Shown here piece after piece: positions 26,667 to 40,609 of a stretch of 64,000 bases of DNA; positions within the stretch are counted from its first letter, which is position 1, and every line of letters starts with the position of its first letter. The notes below the pieces were generated by a model, which worked only from the letters and a program-made list of their open reading frames with translations, was not told where the DNA came from and did not search any database. The translations under genes and the position numbers were made by a program. Origin of the DNA: Octopus sinensis (Eukaryota); assembly GCF_006345805.1 (NCBI RefSeq), contig NC_043014.1, positions 32,674,001-32,738,000 on the forward strand, read 5' to 3'.

Positions 26667-27590
26667 AAGTCCAGTCTTCCTGGCCGGCTCTTATTAAACC
26701 GTCAAACCCATGCGAGCATGGAAGGTGGCTGTTAAACAATGATGATGATGATACATTATATATATACACATATACATACATACATGTATGTAAACCTATA
26801 CTGGTATCATGTAAAGAGAACTTGTGCTGGTCTCACATAAAAAGCATTTGTAGTGGTGCCATATAAAAAGTACCCAGTTCACTCTGTAAAGTGGTTGGCA
26901 TTAGGAAGGACATCCAGCCATAGAAACCATGCCCAAACAGACACAGAAGTCTGATGCAGTCTTCTGCTTCACCAGCTCGTCAAACCGTCCAACACATGCC
27001 AGAATGGAAGGCAGATGTTAAACGATGATGATGATGATGTCTCTCCTAAAATAGTTTCAAAACTTCTAGAATGCACCTTGTATGTTTTGTTTTTCATCAG
27101 TTTAACGTTGCTCTCAAATTGTTGCTTTTGTTCTGCATCCTTTCTCTCTCTTTCCCTTTCCTTTTTATCTCACTGTAAACCTTTTCACTAAAGCGTTGCA
27201 TTACAATATACTTTTTGCAGCCTCTCTTTACATGGTTACCTATTCTTACTGTATATATTTTCTATTATTTATTTCTTCTTTTTAATTCCTTTTGCATGTT
27301 ATATTTATAATAACATCAGTGATTTGATTTTCATATTTCAAAAACATTCCTGATGAAAGATTTCCATATACAGCATTGAATTAAATTCATTTAATAACAA
27401 TATTGACTTAACTATAACTAATTATGTAAGTATTACACAGTAAGCAAAGGTTTTGTGTAGGTCATGGAAACAGCTGGAAAACAGAAAATGAAAATTTTGG
27501 AATATGATTGAGATCACTTGTTTTCTAGTCTTCTAAATTATATGTTTGTGTGTGTCTGTGTGCATATGTGTGTATGTATTTACATGCATT

Positions 27591-27645
<55 letters not shown>

Positions 27646-27664
27646 ACGTGTTAAAACATGTGTG

Positions 27665-28533
27665 CGAGGAGGTACCTGAAACTAACTGGAAACAATCTCT
27701 GTGGGACAAATCCATTGTAGTTCAGGCTTTTGCCACTAGAAGCCACTTGATGCCACCCTCAGGCATCAGTATGCTGACCAGTATCATTGAGTGAAGCTGT
27801 ACTGCCACGTGGTGCGTCTTTGTTTTGCATTACTTCTGCCCTGCTTGTTACTTTTTGTGGTGGCTCAAATGAAGGAATAGCATGCTTCTGTGAAATTCTG
27901 TTTTCTGCAGGGAAGAATGGTGACCAAAACAGTTATTATATTTCAAACAGCTTACAAGGATGCTGCAATGAGCAAAACACAAGTTTAAGAGTGGTCACTT
28001 GTCACTTGAAGACCAACCTCATTCAGGTATTCTGTCAACCTCCCGAACGAATGAAAACATCATGAAAATTCACAAACTGACTATAGGGGACCATCACTGG
28101 ACAATTGACGAACTTGTTGATATGACTGGTGTGCCCTGGAGCTCCTGCCAATGAATTTTGAGTGAGGAATTGCAGATGAAAAGAGTTGCAGCAAAATTTG
28201 TGCCTCACTTGCTCACAGAAGATCAAAAGCAGTCACAACTGAATACGTATCATGAACTGAAAGAACAGTTGGAAATTGATCTGGACTTTTTTGCAAAGGT
28301 CATCACTGGTGATGAAAACTTGTGACATGGAAGAGGTGAAGAAAAAACAACGGAGGCATTAAAAGGCATCACTTCACAAGAGTTCTATCACTGCTTCAAA
28401 CAGTGGAAAATAAATCTGGATTGATGCATTGCTTCAAATGGAAAATATTCTGAAAGTGATAAAAGTGTAAATATTTAAAACTAAGTGAATAAAATATCAT
28501 TGCAAAATTCTGGTTTCTTTTGGGTACCCCCTT
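27665..28533 (+). mobile_element. internally deleted mariner element
   Basis: Decayed TIRs CGAGGAGGTACCTGAAA / TTTTGGGTACCCCCT; translations AYKDAAMSKTQV, EELQMKRVAAKFVPHLLTEDQK, KVITGDE, CIASNGKYSE. Confidence 0.85.
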
Positions 28534-28561
28534 ATATTCGTGTCTATGCATGTATGTATTA

Positions 28562-28786
28562 ATTCTTTTATTCTTATATCTGTTTCAGTCATTTGGCTGT
28601 GGCCATGCTGGAGCACCGCCTTTAGTTGAACAAATTGACCCCAGGACTTATTCTTTGTAAGCCTAGTACTTATTCTATCAGTCTCTTTTGCCAAACCGCT
28701 AAGTTACGGGGATGTAAACACACCAGCATCGGTTGTGAAGCGATGTTGGGGGGACAAACACAGACACACAAACATATACACACACA

Positions 28787-28829
<43 letters not shown>

Positions 28830-29010
28830 ATATATATAAACATATATACGACGGGCTTCTTTCAGTTTCCGTCTACCATATCCACTCACAAGGCTTTGGT
28901 TGGCCCGAGGCTATAGTAGAAGACACTTGCCCAAGGTGCCACGCAGTGGGACTGAACCCAGAACCATGTGGTTGGTAAGCAAGCTACTTACCACACAGCC
29001 ACTCCTACGC
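28562..29010 (-). mobile_element. SINE family A
   Basis: Full-length reverse copy. Confidence 0.88.
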
Positions 29011-29706
29011 TTATACGCCTCTCTTGAAGAAATGAAGAATAAATTCACAAATTCATAAAGCACCTGAGCTGAACATGGCTGATTACCCATTTTAAACATT
29101 TAGCATTCAGTTTATCCTGTCAAATATGATGTGTATTAATTCCTGTTGTTTTGAATTAATCATGCAATATCTTGCAGCTTTGAGATTCCAATAATATGAT
29201 TATAAATTTTTAGAATGACAGTGTGGGGTAGGTATTAGAGGCCAGATTTTGACAGTTTGAGCATACAACAGGTAGAATATTTGGGCTGGATATGGCCAGT
29301 TTGAATGCTAAAAGATTAAGGAATTTTCAGGTGTAGCAACCAAAAGAAAAAGACAATTATGGAATGATAGAGACTTATATGGAATTCGAGTGACACATAA
29401 GGAATGGTAGAGAAAAAGAGAGAGAAAGGAAGCAAGGCCATTCACATGTTCATTTCCACATTCATATAAACAGTAGTTTTCAACAACCTGATTCCACTCA
29501 CAAGGAATTGGTCAGCCTGGGTCTTTAGTCAAAAAAAAAAAAGGGTCATGATGCTTGTGCATCAGGTTTGAACTCAAAATCATGTGGTTTTGAAATGAGT
29601 TATGTAAGCACACAGTCATACATTTGCATGCATATGTATATATAACACAATACAATAAAACAATGGATACATATTAAGCATCTACTATGTATATATCTAT
29701 ATATAT

Positions 29707-29782
<76 letters not shown>

Positions 29783-30745
29783 CATATGTATACGAATGTA
29801 TGTATGCACATATATGTGTGTGTGTGTGTGTGTTTTGTGTCTGTGTACATATATATATATATATATATATACATATGCATATGTATGTATATGTATGTAT
29901 GCACATATATATGTGTGTGTCTGTGTACATATATATATATATATATATATACATATTCTATTATTCTCTTATCCTTTTACTTGTTTCAGTCATTTGACAG
30001 CAGCCATGTTGAAGTACACACACACACACACACATATATATATGTATGTATCAAATATTTTCTTTATGACAAAAAGTATTACACTCTGAACCTCATAGGT
30101 TTCATCTTCAAAAACAATCAACGGGAGGAAATTGTTATTATTCATTATATGAATTATTATTCACTATACGATATTTTTCATTATATAATCCAAAAAGTAT
30201 CTGACGCAAAGAAGATCCAATTTCATGAATATACAAATAGTTGTAATCAGTGTGGGTAATGTTTTTATTACGCAAAAATAGTGACAAGACAGACAAGAGA
30301 ACCATCACCTTGCATCATTCAAAATAACCTCCCAAATGAAATAAATTCATATCAATATGTGGTTATATAATTTCAAGATTTTATACAGAAGAAGACTACA
30401 TTGCTTAGAAAAGTATGTATGTATATGTGTGAAAATGTATGTATGTATGTATGTATGTACGTATGTATGTATATATATATATATTTGTGTACGTATGTAT
30501 GTATGTACATATGTATTTTCTCTCTTCTTTTACTCTGTGTGTGTGTGTATGAAGGTACATGGCTCTGTGGTTAGAGCGTTGGGCCCACAATCATGAGATA
30601 GTGAGTTTGAGTCCTGAAAAGAGCTGTGTGTTGCATTCTTGAGCAAGACACTCTATTTTAAATTGCTCCAGTTCAATCAGCTGTAGAAATGAGTTGTGAT
30701 GTCACTGATACTGCTGTCCTTGTGCAAAATTGGAAACCATTGTTG

Positions 30746-31435
<690 letters not shown>

Positions 31436-31902
31436 TCATTAGTTGAACGATATTTCAACAGTAAGTCTGTATTTGTCAAGTTCAAAATAAGAAGTGATAG
31501 AAATTCAAAATTACAGAAATTTAAACGTAAAGTATGAATGAGAGCAACCAGCGTCCACACATTGATGGAATGACATCATCAGTTTTTTAAGTTACAATTT
31601 TATAACAGGCAAAAAGAAAAAGACAGAAAAAAGCAGAAAAATGATGAGAGAAAAAAGGAAAGAAAAAGAGAGAAAGAAGAATATCTAATCAAACAGTTTT
31701 GTATAAATTTGATGATATTCTCCTGTCATCTTATTCATTCCTCCAGGGCATGATGTTAATAACCTGCAAACATATTTCTCCTTATACATTCTGTGAATTG
31801 TGCTCTTCATCTTGGCTGTTTACCTTTGTGAAGAGTTATGTCAATCCTTTTTAAAATATTATTATTATTATTGTTGTTGTTGTTGCTGTTATCATTATTA
31901 TT

Positions 31903-32458
31903 GAGTGAGAGAGCAGTGCATACCATCAAAGTGACACTAGGGTAAAATATACAAAGCTCAGTATACTCATCATGACTACCCGTCTGATAAGGGTACACCA
32001 GGCACATGCATCACAACCATATGTGCACGACAGGGTCATCTCATATCAAGATAAACAGCACATGACCTTGCAGGTGGGGCCCAGTTAGAATTTTCTTCTG
32101 GTTGAGTAGCCCATCCCACACAAAAGGTCCCTGAATAAGAATTGTTTAAGGATGTTGAACGAACCACCTATGTTTCCAAGGTGAATTATCCAAACCTCAA
32201 AGAATTCCTCTCACCACATGGCTATGATGCTCCCCCACTACTTCTGCTCATGATCAGAGATGCACATATCGTAAGCCACTAAGAGACGTGCTCATCTGGT
32301 TTAAGGTCAAACAACTGACAAGCAAATCTGTGGTATTGAGCAGAATATTTGCTGTAGCCAATCTTTTATACCAAGACAAACAATGTACATGATAACACTT
32401 CTAATCAGTTGGAAGATCAGAAGCCACAAGAGCCACTGTCTGGTACTGCATCAGGGTA
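31903..32458 (-). mobile_element. working family F element inside (TTA)n
   Basis: Same termini as 30778-31332. Confidence 0.88.
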
Positions 32459-32482
32459 TTTATTATTATTATTATTATTATT

Positions 32483-32516
<34 letters not shown>

Positions 32517-32562
32517 CTATTATTGTTATCATTATTATTATTATTATTATCATTATTATTAT

Positions 32563-32594
<32 letters not shown>

Positions 32595-33129
32595 TTATTG
32601 TTATTATTGTTATTATTATTATTATTATTATATTATTAAGATGGCAAGCTGTTCCAGAGGACTTTCCAGTCAGGAACTACCATGGATAATTTCCAGATAT
32701 CCTTGGCCTGGCAGTGCTACCAGAGGGCGCTACTGGTTTGAGATAAACTCTACAGGCATGGATGTGCTGTCAGATATGGGCTTCTCCAAAGAAACCATTC
32801 TGCATGCACTCATTCAGTGTTTGGGCATTGCTGATTTGTGGGATTATGTCAAACAGTTACTATCATGTGTGGGACAGATCCATTTGTTGGCTGAGTCTGT
32901 AGTGATTATTGCCCTGCCACCCTCCTTCAATCAGGCAGGCGAGAGTTTTCCTTTGCCTGGGGCTTTGGTTAAAGAGGTTGTTTGGTGGACAAGGCTGAAA
33001 GGTGTGAGGATATACATTCTGCTTTGGTGGAGTTCTCATTGACTTCTTCAAGTTTCATTTGAAAAGGAAATTGGGAATAAAGAGAGAAATGCTATCCTCG
33101 AGTGAGTTTATTGAAAGGTGAATGAAAGT

Positions 33130-33316
33130 ACAGTACTATATTTAAGAGATGAGGAATTATGTACATTATTTACATTATTTACAACAAGAGTGCTCTTAAC
33201 CTGTGGGCATATGGCATAGTGGTTAAGAGCGCAGGCTACTAACCCCAAGATTCCAAGTTCGATTCCAAGCAGTGACCTGAACAATAACAATAATAATAAT
33301 GATAATAATAATAATG

Positions 33317-33361
<45 letters not shown>

Positions 33362-33519
33362 TCGAAAAATACCTTAGGAATGAGAAACCAGATTCGAAAT
33401 TTCCCCCAAGACACCTGAAGAAGGCTGGAGGGTATATCGGCTGAAATGTTGTTTTAACAACAAACAAGATGAGGACAAATATTTGTCAATTGTAAATAAT
33501 GTAAATAATGTAAATAATA
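33130..33519 (+). mobile_element. non-coding element with tRNA-like head, (AAT)n and hammerhead motif
   Basis: A box TGGCATAGTGG 33212, B box GTTCGATTCC 33257, hammerhead motif 33411-33454, inverted (TGTAAATAA)n ends, 11-bp TSD TGRATGAAAGT at 33119-33129 / 33520-33530. Confidence 0.78.
33411..33454 (+). ncRNA. minimal hammerhead motif, partly decayed
   Basis: ACAC-CTGAAGA-A-GGCTG(GAGGGTATAT)CGGCT-GAAA-TGTT-GTTT; 5-bp stem II; AATGTT is one transition from the palindrome AACGTT. Confidence 0.6.
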
Positions 33520-33721
33520 TGGATGAAAGTCATGAAAATAGCAAGAGTGGGTGGTACCTCTCTAAGTAGATCTGTGAGTTGGAGAGAAGGCATTATAGAG
33601 GGCACTTGCTCTTGATGCTCAGGGAAATCTCAGATAGTAGGGTTCCTCAGTTGTCCCTAGAGATTATCCTGTATCAGGAGTGTTACATCTTTATCATCCT
33701 CCCCCACTTTCTTTCCTTAAA

Positions 33722-34387
33722 CCTTTACTCTCTTTTACTTGTTTCAGTCATTTGACTGCAGCCATGCTGGAGCACTGCCTTTAGTCAAACAAATCGACCC
33801 CAGGACTTATTCTTTATAAGCCTAGTACTTATTCTATCAGTCTCTTTTGCTGAACCGCTAAGTTACGGGGATGTAAACACACCACCATCGATTGTCAAGT
33901 GATGTTGGGGGGACAAACACAGACATCACAAACATATACACACACATACATATATATATATAGATATTATTAAGGCGGCGAGCTGGCAGAAATGTTAGCG
34001 CGCCAGGCGAAATGCTTAGCGGTATTTCGTCTGTCGTTACATTCTGAGTCCAAATTCCGCCGAGGTCGACTTTGCCTTTCATCCTTTCGAGATCGATAAA
34101 TTAAGTACCAGTTACACACTGGGGTCGATGTAATCGACTTAATCCGTTTGTCTGTCCTTGTTTGTCCTCTCTGTGTTTAGCCCCTTGTGGGCAATAAAGA
34201 AACATATATATATATACATATATACGATGGGCTTCTTTCAGTTTCTGTCTAAAAATCCACTCACAAGGCTTTGGTTGGCCCAAGGCTATAGTAGAAGACA
34301 CTCACCCAACGTGCTACACAGTGGGACTGAACCCAGAACCATGTGGTTGGTAAGCAAGCTACTTACCACACAGCCACTCCTGCGCCT
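33722..34387 (-). mobile_element. SINE family A containing a nested family B copy
   Basis: Both halves of family A flank 33972-34202. Confidence 0.85.
33972..34202 (+). mobile_element. SINE family B (Tx1-like tail)
   Basis: Full-length copy ending GCCCCTTGTGGGCAATAAAGAAA. Confidence 0.9.
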
Positions 34388-34559
34388 TTGTATGCTATGT
34401 ATTTGTTCCTTCCATTTCATTGTGTACTATGTATACTTACCTTTTTTTTCTTTATTATATGCAAACCCCAACACTTTATGTCTGTCTTTGTATTGTCCCC
34501 CTCATCCCTTGCCCTGGTGGCAAATAAATGAAATTATTATTATTATTATTATTATTAAG

Positions 34560-34996
34560 TCAGTGTGTTGACAGAAAAGTTAGTATACTGTAAGAAATGC
34601 TTAACGGTATTTCACCGGTCCCTACATTCTGAGTTCAAATTCTGCTGAGGTTGGCTTTACCTTTTATCCTTTCAGGGTCGATAAATTAAGTACCAGTGAA
34701 ACACTGGGGTCAATGTAATCAACTAGTCCTCTCCCAAAAATTTCAGGCCTTGTGCCTATAATGAAAAGGATTATTATTAAGGTGGCAAGATAGCTGAATT
34801 GTTAGCATGTGTGACAAAATGCTTAGGGGCAATTCTGTTCAGCCCTTTATATTCCAAGTTAAAATTTCACCAAGGTCGAGTTTGTCTTTCATGCTTTCAA
34901 GGTTGATAAAATAAAGTACCAGTCAAACAGTGTGAACGATATAATTGATCTTCCCCCTCCCCAGAAAACTGCTGGCCTTGTGCCAAATTGGAAAAA
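34560..34996 (+). mobile_element. two tandem older family B copies with the alternative GGCCTTGTGCC...(TTA)n tail
   Basis: Same B box and central domain, different 3' end. Confidence 0.75.
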
Positions 34997-35050
34997 ATTA
35001 TTATTATTATTATTATTATTCAGTAGTCTTATTATTATTATTCAGTAGTC

Positions 35051-35108
<58 letters not shown>

Positions 35109-35119
35109 CATTATTATTA

Positions 35120-35171
<52 letters not shown>

Positions 35172-35751
35172 CATCATTATTATTATTATTATTATTCAGT
35201 AGTCTTATTATTATTACTATTATTATATTTTCTTTGCTAAAATGGAAAGGCATTTTTCTTCCACTTTATTTTCAGATGTCTTCCTTTTTTTCTTTTCTTT
35301 CTTTCGCTCATTCTTTCTCAGTTCTCAGTTCCCCCACCACCACCACCACCAGCATCATTCCACCTCTCCTAACAACACTCTACCCACTACATCCAAACTT
35401 CAGCATTGTTTTATTTATTTATTTATTCATTTATTTTTTACTTTTTTTTTTACTTTTTTTTTTCCATTCCTGTCCTACAAAAGGAGTTTGTGTTATTTAA
35501 TCCCAAACTAATTAGTGACTATTGCCTTAAAAGAAGGGAACTAATTGCTGAGTATATCATTGGAGATAATAGCCTACTAATGATGAGATAAGTTCCGTTG
35601 AAATAATCTCCATGAAGTGCCGCAGATATTTCAATAAATCTAATTCAAGCAAATACTTCTTTAGTGAAACATTGTTCACTTATACATACACAAACATAAA
35701 TACATACATACATATATATATGTACATATATATATGTACATATATATATAC

Positions 35752-35783
<32 letters not shown>

Positions 35784-35865
35784 GCATATATATATACATA
35801 CATATATACATATATATATACATATATATACATATATATATATTATATATATACATATAATATAT

Positions 35866-35905
<40 letters not shown>

Positions 35906-36337
35906 ACACATATATATATGTACACACACACACACATATATACACACATACACACATACACATTTATATACATATGTATATATTCATATATGTGTACATA
36001 TATTCATGTATGTATGTATATATGTATGTATATATGTATGTATGTATGCATATATTGTTTTGTATTTATCGACAAAGAGGCTTCTGTGTTAGATTTTTCT
36101 TTCTTCTTTTGGTATTTTTCTTCTTCTTCTTCTACTTTTTCTTCTTCACCTTCCTCTTCCTCTTTGTCTCCTTTATCTTCTTTTTCTTCTTCCTACTATT
36201 ACCTTTATTGTTAAAGTTGTTCTTGTGATTGATATTAGTACAGTTGTTATTATCACAGTCTATTGTTGCTGTTATTATTACAATTATTATTATTATCATT
36301 ATTACTGTTATTGTTGTTGTAGTTGTTATTATTATTA

Positions 36338-36379
<42 letters not shown>

Positions 36380-36809
36380 CATTATTGCTGTTTGTATTAG
36401 TATTTTCTTGACTTTTCATGTCCAACTTCAATTTCATTTTCTACTTCTTTGATTATTTCTCCACCATTGCTTTCTCTTTCTTCTCCTATGGAATTCTTAA
36501 AGCAGACCCTGTCCCTGTAGAAGTGTATATACATCTATTCACGTGTTCATACATACATACATACATACATACATACATACATACATACATACATACATAC
36601 ATACACACATACATACATACATACATGCATACATACATACATGCATACATACATGCATACATACATGCATACATATTACATACAACATCATACATACAAA
36701 CATACATACATACATACATACACCATACATACATATGTGTGTATGTATATAGATATATATACATATTTGTATATATAATATATATATAGATGTATATATT
36801 TATAGTATG

Positions 36810-36845
<36 letters not shown>

Positions 36846-37467
36846 ATATATATATATCCCATAAATGTATGTATATATATATTATACACATATATGTGTA
36901 TATGTAGGGGGTGTACATGTGTTTGTGTATTCATACACATTCATACATGTATGTACACTCTCGAACACAAATACTCTCATGTAAACACACCAAACACAAA
37001 CACACGTACTCTTCATATATGTGTGTAGGTGAGAGAGAGTGTATTCGCATGTGAGTCTGTGTATACAAAATCACATCAATGTGCATGTGCATGTGAGTGC
37101 ACATATGTGTACACATATGCATATATGTGAGTGTGCATTCATACCGCTTTACTGATGTATTCATGTGTTTATATATCACATGATTACATTTGCATATACT
37201 CAAATGTGTTTAACAATATATGCATAACCAGCAAGTTCATACATGCATTCATAAATGCATATGTACATATTAATATTGCACATATGGATATTCATGCATG
37301 TGTGCAAAGAACACAAATCCCTACAGCCTATTAATATACACATACTAACAAATGCATGCACACAAGTAACTGTCAGTGTGTTTATATGTCCATACAGGAA
37401 CAGATGTGCATATATATGTGTGTATATATATATATTTTATATCTATATCTATCTATCTATCTATCTA

Positions 37468-37513
<46 letters not shown>

Positions 37514-37532
37514 TATATAACATATATTATGC

Positions 37533-37650
<118 letters not shown>

Positions 37651-37758
37651 TATATATATAATATATATATATATATACATATATCATATATACATATATA
37701 TGTATGTATATATATACATACATATATATATATATGCATCTGCATTTATACATATATT

Positions 37759-37792
<34 letters not shown>

Positions 37793-37936
37793 AGTGTATG
37801 TGTTTACATGTATATATATTATATATCTATCTATCTCTCCTATATATATATATATCTATATATATATTTATATGTATGTATATTATGTATATACGTTTGT
37901 ATATATATATATATAATTTATATATATATATATTAT

Positions 37937-38011
<75 letters not shown>

Positions 38012-38014
38012 CAG

Positions 38015-38190
38015 GGGGAATCATAAACAGTTGCCCTCAGGCCAGATCCCTAGTACTATAAGGCAAATTTATATACTGGAAATATTGCAAAAATCTTTCA
38101 TGAAGAAAATAAGATTGGTTAAAGATCTCAATTACTGGGAAAGGCTCCAGGCCCTGAAGCACTCTTCCCTGAAATACAGGGGAGAGAGAG
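38015..38190 (+). mobile_element. CR1-type LINE fragment
   Basis: LEILQKSFMKKIRLVKDLNYWERLQALKHSSLKYRGER matches the CR1 motif YWERLxxLxLYSLxRRRER. Confidence 0.78.
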
Positions 38191-38282
38191 AGAGAGAGAG
38201 AGAGAGGAGTGGGAGACAAGAGATGAAATATGTATCTACATATGTATATAAGTGTGTTTATGTAAGTGTGTGTATGTGTATA

Positions 38283-38331
<49 letters not shown>

Positions 38332-38619
38332 AGCATATATTAATGTATATGTATATATGCATAAATGCATATTCATATATGTTTATATAAATGTACACCA
38401 CACACCACACAAATATATAAGTATGAATGTATGTATGTATATGTATGTATATGCATGTTTGTATCTATAACATATATATGTGTGTGTGAGTGTGTGTGTA
38501 TGTGTATAACTATATGTATGTAGTTATATATGTATATGCATATATATATATATGTATGTTTGTAGTTATATATATATATGCATATATATATATATAGATA
38601 TAGATATAGATTTATATAT

Positions 38620-38666
<47 letters not shown>

Positions 38667-38794
38667 GGATAATGTAATTCTAGACATGCTTTATGCAGTA
38701 TCTTAATAAAAAGATGGGATAGCCGCTGCTGGGAGTGCCTTTTACCATCCATATGTCTTGAAATTTACAGCAAAACAGTAAATGTTGCTGCCAT

Positions 38795-38830
<36 letters not shown>

Positions 38831-39348
38831 ACTACTACTACTACTACTACTACTTCTGCTTCTGCAAGCTTTAGATCAATAATACCAACTTCACACTGTG
38901 ACCCCCATCATTCCTACCATCAGCAACAGACCCTCTGTTTCCTTGCTGTTGTTTAGCCCCAGTTAGTTCTGATCAGAAGACATATGAATGATCAAAGATA
39001 TTTTAGTCATGATGATCACACATCCTCTTAAATGTTTTGTTTTCAGGCATGTATATATTTACACACACACACACACACACACCACACACACGTATATATA
39101 ATTCTTCCATTTTTTTAAGGTACAAGAAATGAAGGAAACTCAGCTGCTATTTCTAGCAAGTTGATTCTGTTCTATTTCTCAACCTACAGGATATTTAAGC
39201 CAAATCTTCCTCAACATACACATTACTGTGTTGAAAAAAATACATTTTTTGTATTATGGTATTAGATACCTTGAATCTTAATAAAAGTTGGGACAGTCAC
39301 TACTAGAATACATTAATCAAGACAAAGAATGTATGTTTGTGTGTGTGT

Positions 39349-39385
<37 letters not shown>

Positions 39386-40244
39386 ATGCATTCAAAGAAA
39401 AGAAAAAAATGCACTTTAAGAAAATTCAGTTACAATTACCTTACCAGTTTCATTAATTTTTGATTTTCAGAAGTTGAGTATTATGGGAAGTCCTTGAACT
39501 GTATCATATTTGTCAGGGCTAAATTTTAGTAGGTGTTTATCACAGATTATTTCAGAGAAAATTCTTTCATATTTGATCAACAGTGCTAGCTGTCAAACAA
39601 AGCAGACTGTTTGAAGTTACACATTGTTGCTTTTCGTTCTTTTGTTTGGTCTGGGGACTTTACAATAATTTTGTATCAGAACTAGAAAAGCACTCAGTGA
39701 GCACAGACCTCCACCAAGCAGTTCATTTCCACCCATATACACACATGCTGAAAATCGCCCAATTTCCCAAACCAACATCAGAAAAAAATCATAATCTTCT
39801 CCCATATTTATCTTAACCATCATCATCATCAACACTCTCTGCTTTCACCACAATCACTATCAAAAATACGATCACCACAATCAGTTTCTTTACACAGTTG
39901 AATATCCATTATCCGATATTCATAGGACCGAGACTGTTGCAGATTTTTTATTTTTCTAATTTCAGAATGCTTTATTAAAAAAAAAAAATTGCATCTACAA
40001 AACGGAACAGTTTGAGGAGAGAAACCAGGTTTCAACACAATAGCTTATAGACATACTCTGAATGTAGTTCTATATAAATCTTTAATAATTATTTTTATAC
40101 TTAATACCATCAGAAATGTTAAGATATCAGCCTCTACCCACATTCTCATGCTTTGATTAAAAGGTTACAGCATAGATTAGATTACTTTGACTGAAGTTGA
40201 CTCAGGCCATGTCTAATTTAACAGCACCACCTGGAAGAGACACA

Positions 40245-40575
40245 CAGTCAGCTCTGGGGAACTGTAGCCCATTCAAGCAGAAGGTTATTGTTTTCATAGA
40301 CATATCTGGGTGTGGTTGGTTTATCTGGTATTTGTTGTGGGTAATCATCTAGGGATCGTTTGAATGCTGTGAAGTCACGTGTCTGGCACAATGTTGAAGA
40401 GAGCAGGACCAATTGAGGTGAAATAGTTCTGTCATAGTGTTGTGATATGACACGAATATTTCTGTAGTGGACGGATGGCATGGGGGCCAAGCTTCAGACA
40501 AATTTTAAAAATTGACAATGTTGATGGAATATTTTCCACATCATACAAATGATATAGAGCTCACAGCGGGGGTGA
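40245..40575 (-). mobile_element. CR1-type LINE ORF2 C-terminal fragment
   Basis: FKRSLDDYPQQIPDKPTTPRY...NNLLLEW, with upstream RCELYII..MWKI. Confidence 0.72.
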
Positions 40576-40609
40576 GTCGAACCTAATAGTCAAGGCTTGT
40601 CATGTCATC

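Larger units (their letters stand above)
32640..34555 (+). mobile_element. 5'-truncated Tx1/L1-clade LINE (ORF2 zinc-knuckle C-terminus + 3' UTR), split by nested insertions
   Basis: ETILHALIQC.GIADLWDYVKQLLS...VKEVVWWTRLKG, EREMLSSSEFIER; resumes at 33520 (MKVMKIARVGGTSL); probable 3' UTR resumes at 34388 and ends GCCCTGGTGGCAAATAAATGAAA(TTA)n. Confidence 0.78.

Noticed and set aside
33205-33278. tRNA gene (likewise the heads at ~23880-23950, 42833, 58750-58813, 63650)
   Set aside because: Stems are imperfect and each head runs into a repeat body; these are SINE-type heads, not tRNA genes.
39895-39968. Sequence resembling a Tigger/pogo terminal repeat (CAGTTGAATATCCATTATCCGA)
   Set aside because: Only one end found, no transposase, and the resemblance is from memory.
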